Assembly: GCF_963676685.1 (NCBI RefSeq)
Contig: NC_092353.1
Coordinates: 31,558,001-31,622,000, forward strand
Reading direction: 5' to 3'
Length of the DNA: 64,000 nt
DNA from: Mytilus edulis
Lineage: Eukaryota
Every line of letters starts with the position of its first letter. Position 1 is the stretch's first letter. The translations under genes were made by a program, and so were the position numbers. Below are positions 60,964 through 64,000 of this stretch, piece by piece. The notes beneath the pieces are model-generated. The model ran no database searches. It was not told the origin of the DNA and saw only the letters and a program-made list of their open reading frames with translations.

Positions 60964-61808
60964 TGTAATACATGTAATATATAAGTACACATAGATTAAG
61001 TAGTTAATACCTGATTAATGAAGAGTTAATTATACAATTAAGAAATTATTATAACATGTGATTTAAAGATTATTAGAACCACAAGATTTAATATATATGT
61101 TAAATGAAATATGATTAATTGTTGATTTTTTGACATGTTAGAAATGAAAGTATAGTTAGTATAGAAAGTCCCTGATAGACGAGAAAGATGAAAATACAAA
61201 TCGTTCATAAAATCAGTGATACATGTGTATCGTTTAATTTATGTAACATTTATATACCTCTTCATTTTCTGCCATCATTTTTTCCCATTTATTGAAACCA
61301 CTTTAATCAGAGGCTGATTTAGGGGGCCCAGAGGGACTGGGCCTCCCTTTTTTTCGGAAAAGTTTGGTTGCTTATAAAGGGAATCACTGAAGTGTGACTG
61401 GAGAGGGCCCCCTCTAAAGCAGTCAGTGGGTCCCCACTTATGAAAATTTCTGGATCCGCCACTGTTAATTCTCATGAGAGAAATAGTTTAATAATTATAT
61501 CTATATATCAACTTTTTATAAAAGAGCCTTCTGTGCAAAATGCTATTTTGGGAATAGGTTTTGGGTACAGATATGCAGTTTGAATCTCCCCACCCCCATT
61601 ATTCTTGTATTGAGATCATGAAAATAAATTACAAGCCATATTTTAAACTTCATGGCAAAATCATTACTCATTCAAATTTCTCATTTCTCACATGCATATA
61701 TATATAAAACTACAGTTTTGACATCTTGATTTACACCCAAGATTAACTCTTCACTAATCAGGTATTAACTACTTAATCTATGTGTACTTATATATTACAT
61801 GTATTACA
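60964..61808. mobile_element. 845-bp element with ~67-bp TIRs, TGT...ACA ends, AATT flanks (Ginger-like by termini)
   Basis: 60964-61030 is the reverse complement of 61742-61808 with one mismatch. Confidence 0.7.
61308..61464. mobile_element. 157-bp GC-rich MITE (CAGTGGCGGAT-type TIR, hAT-like) with TTAAT flanks
   Basis: TTAAT|CAGAGGCTGATTTAG...CTGGATCCGCCACTG|TTAAT; nested within the 60964-61808 element. Confidence 0.7.
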
Positions 61809-63419
61809 AATTAACTGAAATTGGATACCCTGAATTTATCATGCTTTTCAAAAACATATGGTCAAACCCCCCTCTTGAATTGTTGAAAACTATTATTCTG
61901 TATTGACAATAATATTTTGGGGTAAATTAAGTACACCCATTCTGGTTATTGCGCATGCCCTCAAGGTGAATCTAGTATTTAGCTGATGTTTATAAAAGTC
62001 TTAGTAGATAACAGTGTTTATCCTGTAATTGGGTGTCCTACTATACAGATACAGCCCTACAGATATCGCTTTAAAGCTCCGCCCACTGCCGGACTGAGTA
62101 TTGTTTGAACCTGTGTGAACTCAGAATGTGTATTCCAGTTGCATTCCAATGACGATGACAATTGTCGATTTCAAAACTTGAATGTGTATGATTGTGTTAC
62201 AAAATCAACCATGCCAATTTCAGCATGCATGTTTAGTGAATGTCAAGTCTGAAGTGTAGGACAACTCATACACTTCTGTTTCAAATTTGACAATGTTTTG
62301 TTATTTGTTTTTACTGTTGAAAATAGTTGTTATGTTAAAATAGATAATTATTCACCTTGAGCGATGTATTATTGTTGACTATTCGAGATTCTTTTTATGC
62401 GAACCTGTCTTCAGCTTTAAATGTGTGATTTTCTGAGTAAGTCAGTAAAGGGGCATACAGTGTCAAATTCTCATATATATTTGATTTATGACATACTCAA
62501 ATGTATATATATCCAAATTACAATAAGTTTGAAATAAACAACAATGCAAGGACTCAATTATTAATTACAGCATTTTGTTTGTATTAAATTCTTGACCCCA
62601 TATAATTAACCATTGAGATGACTTCCAAGACTGCCAATGGTCACATAACCTGATATAAACATTAACATAAACATGAATATAAGTAGATAGCAACCACGTA
62701 CAAATGGATTTTTCTAGGTCTGTTGGCTCTCATGCTATAAATAGATTAAAAGAATAAGTTAATCATGATTTTTAAAAAAAATACTATTTTGTGGATCGAA
62801 ACAGGCAATGAAATGGTTCACCTTTGTTTTAATTTCAATCAATGTTGACATTCTTATGCCTCTCATGGCTAAACATGTCTAAAACATGCATTTCTGGTTG
62901 TTGTGACTTTGACATATTCCCCATTTCCATTTTCAATTCCTAAACTTCTTTCTAGCTAGAGCGTTTAATTGAAAGGTACGTGAATATACATTTTACAAGG
63001 TTGAATTATTCACTTGCTCTTTTTTGGGGTGATCAATGCATTTGAATGTCAATGGGGACATATGGTTGGAACTAACACCCCTTTAACTTTATCCTGGGTT
63101 GGGCCCCTTTTGAATATGACTGGGTTCATCCCTGCATCCCCACCTTCTAACATCAAATCTTGGCTCCTGACTTGCTTTGATATACATGTACATTGCGCAT
63201 TTTCCTCTACAGAAAAAGACTAACATGTAGCTGTCTTTGTCTGATCTCACAGGTGGCTTTTATTTTATCACTATTAGTGATAGGTACAAGGTAGTTAATC
63301 TGTATGAATAGGTAATTAACCTGTCATCCTGTGCTATTGTTATAATCAATTAGGCAATTATTCTGTCATGTTGTATTATGATATCAAACAATATTATTTG
63401 TAGTGATAACAGGTAAGAA

Positions 63420-63770
63420 TAATGTATATATGTAACTGTAAGATATAAAAATAGGTAGAAAATATCTCTTCCATGGCTCGTGAATGACAATATACAAGGT
63501 GACTGGATGAAATTTGAATAAATGGGGTCTACCTTTTTCCAATTTTGAAAGAGGGGATAGGGTGGGGTCCAGGCAAAATTTGTCTATATTCAATGATAAC
63601 ACGCAGGAGTAATGTATATGTTAATGTTAGATATAAAAAATAGGTAGAAAATATCTCTTCCATGGCTCGTGAATGACAATATACAAGGTGACTGGATAAA
63701 ATTTGAATAAATGGGGTCTACCTTTTTCCAATTTTGAAAGGGGGATAGGGTGGGGTCCAGGCAAAATTTG
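63420..63770 (+). repeat. Direct tandem duplication, period ~190 bp
   Basis: AAATAGGTAGAAAATATCTCTTCCATGGCTCGTGAATGAC...GGGTCCAGGCAAAATTTG occurs twice, nearly identical. Confidence 0.85.
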
Positions 63771-64000
63771 GTTGATATGCTATGTTTTAACAAATATTCT
63801 TGAATATAGACAAAGGTTACTAACTCCAGGAATCATCTCTGCCAGTCATTGTTGTCTGTTGTTTACTGATTGGAAAATCTTTCTTAAGCGAATTCAATTT
63901 GAACCCCCTACATTTTATACTTATGTTCATATTATATAAATACTATTAATCAGGAGGGTTAAAGGTGAAGTCGTCATGATTCTTTTTATTGATGAATACA

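Noticed and set aside
1-64000. tRNA, rRNA, or prokaryotic/viral operons
   Set aside because: None recognised; coding density is very low and spliceosomal introns indicate animal nuclear DNA.

Overview
AT-rich, repeat-dense eukaryotic genomic DNA. The repeat content (about 350-nt hammerhead retrozyme units, pearl/MgE-like elements, Penelope-like RT fragments, Deu/Nin-type SINE) suggests a bivalve, probably Mytilus; this is an inference. Most long ORFs in the supplied track are artefacts of tandem repeats. Reading splice sites by hand on the minus strand gives two tandem 8-exon paralogues that the ORF track mostly misses: gene A (43990-32520, 267 aa) and gene B (28588-5154, 273 aa). Both encode a secreted protein made of a signal peptide, a 10-Cys three-finger (Ly6/uPAR, LU) domain, a Thr-rich mucin-like linker and a His-rich C-type lectin domain (CTLD). 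Gene B has a second in-frame terminal CTLD exon (2078-1870) that could swap the ligand-binding half of the lectin. Its intron 6 holds an 11.1-kb foldback palindrome (8926-20020) with higher-order 19-bp satellite arms and a 2-kb TIR element sitting at a TTAA exactly on the symmetry axis. The rest of the window is nested transposons (MITEs, a Helitron, Penelope-like RT relics), hammerhead ribozyme repeats, several minisatellites and a possible promoter/first exon near 59.5-59.9 kb. All translations and coordinates were derived by eye and no database search was run.
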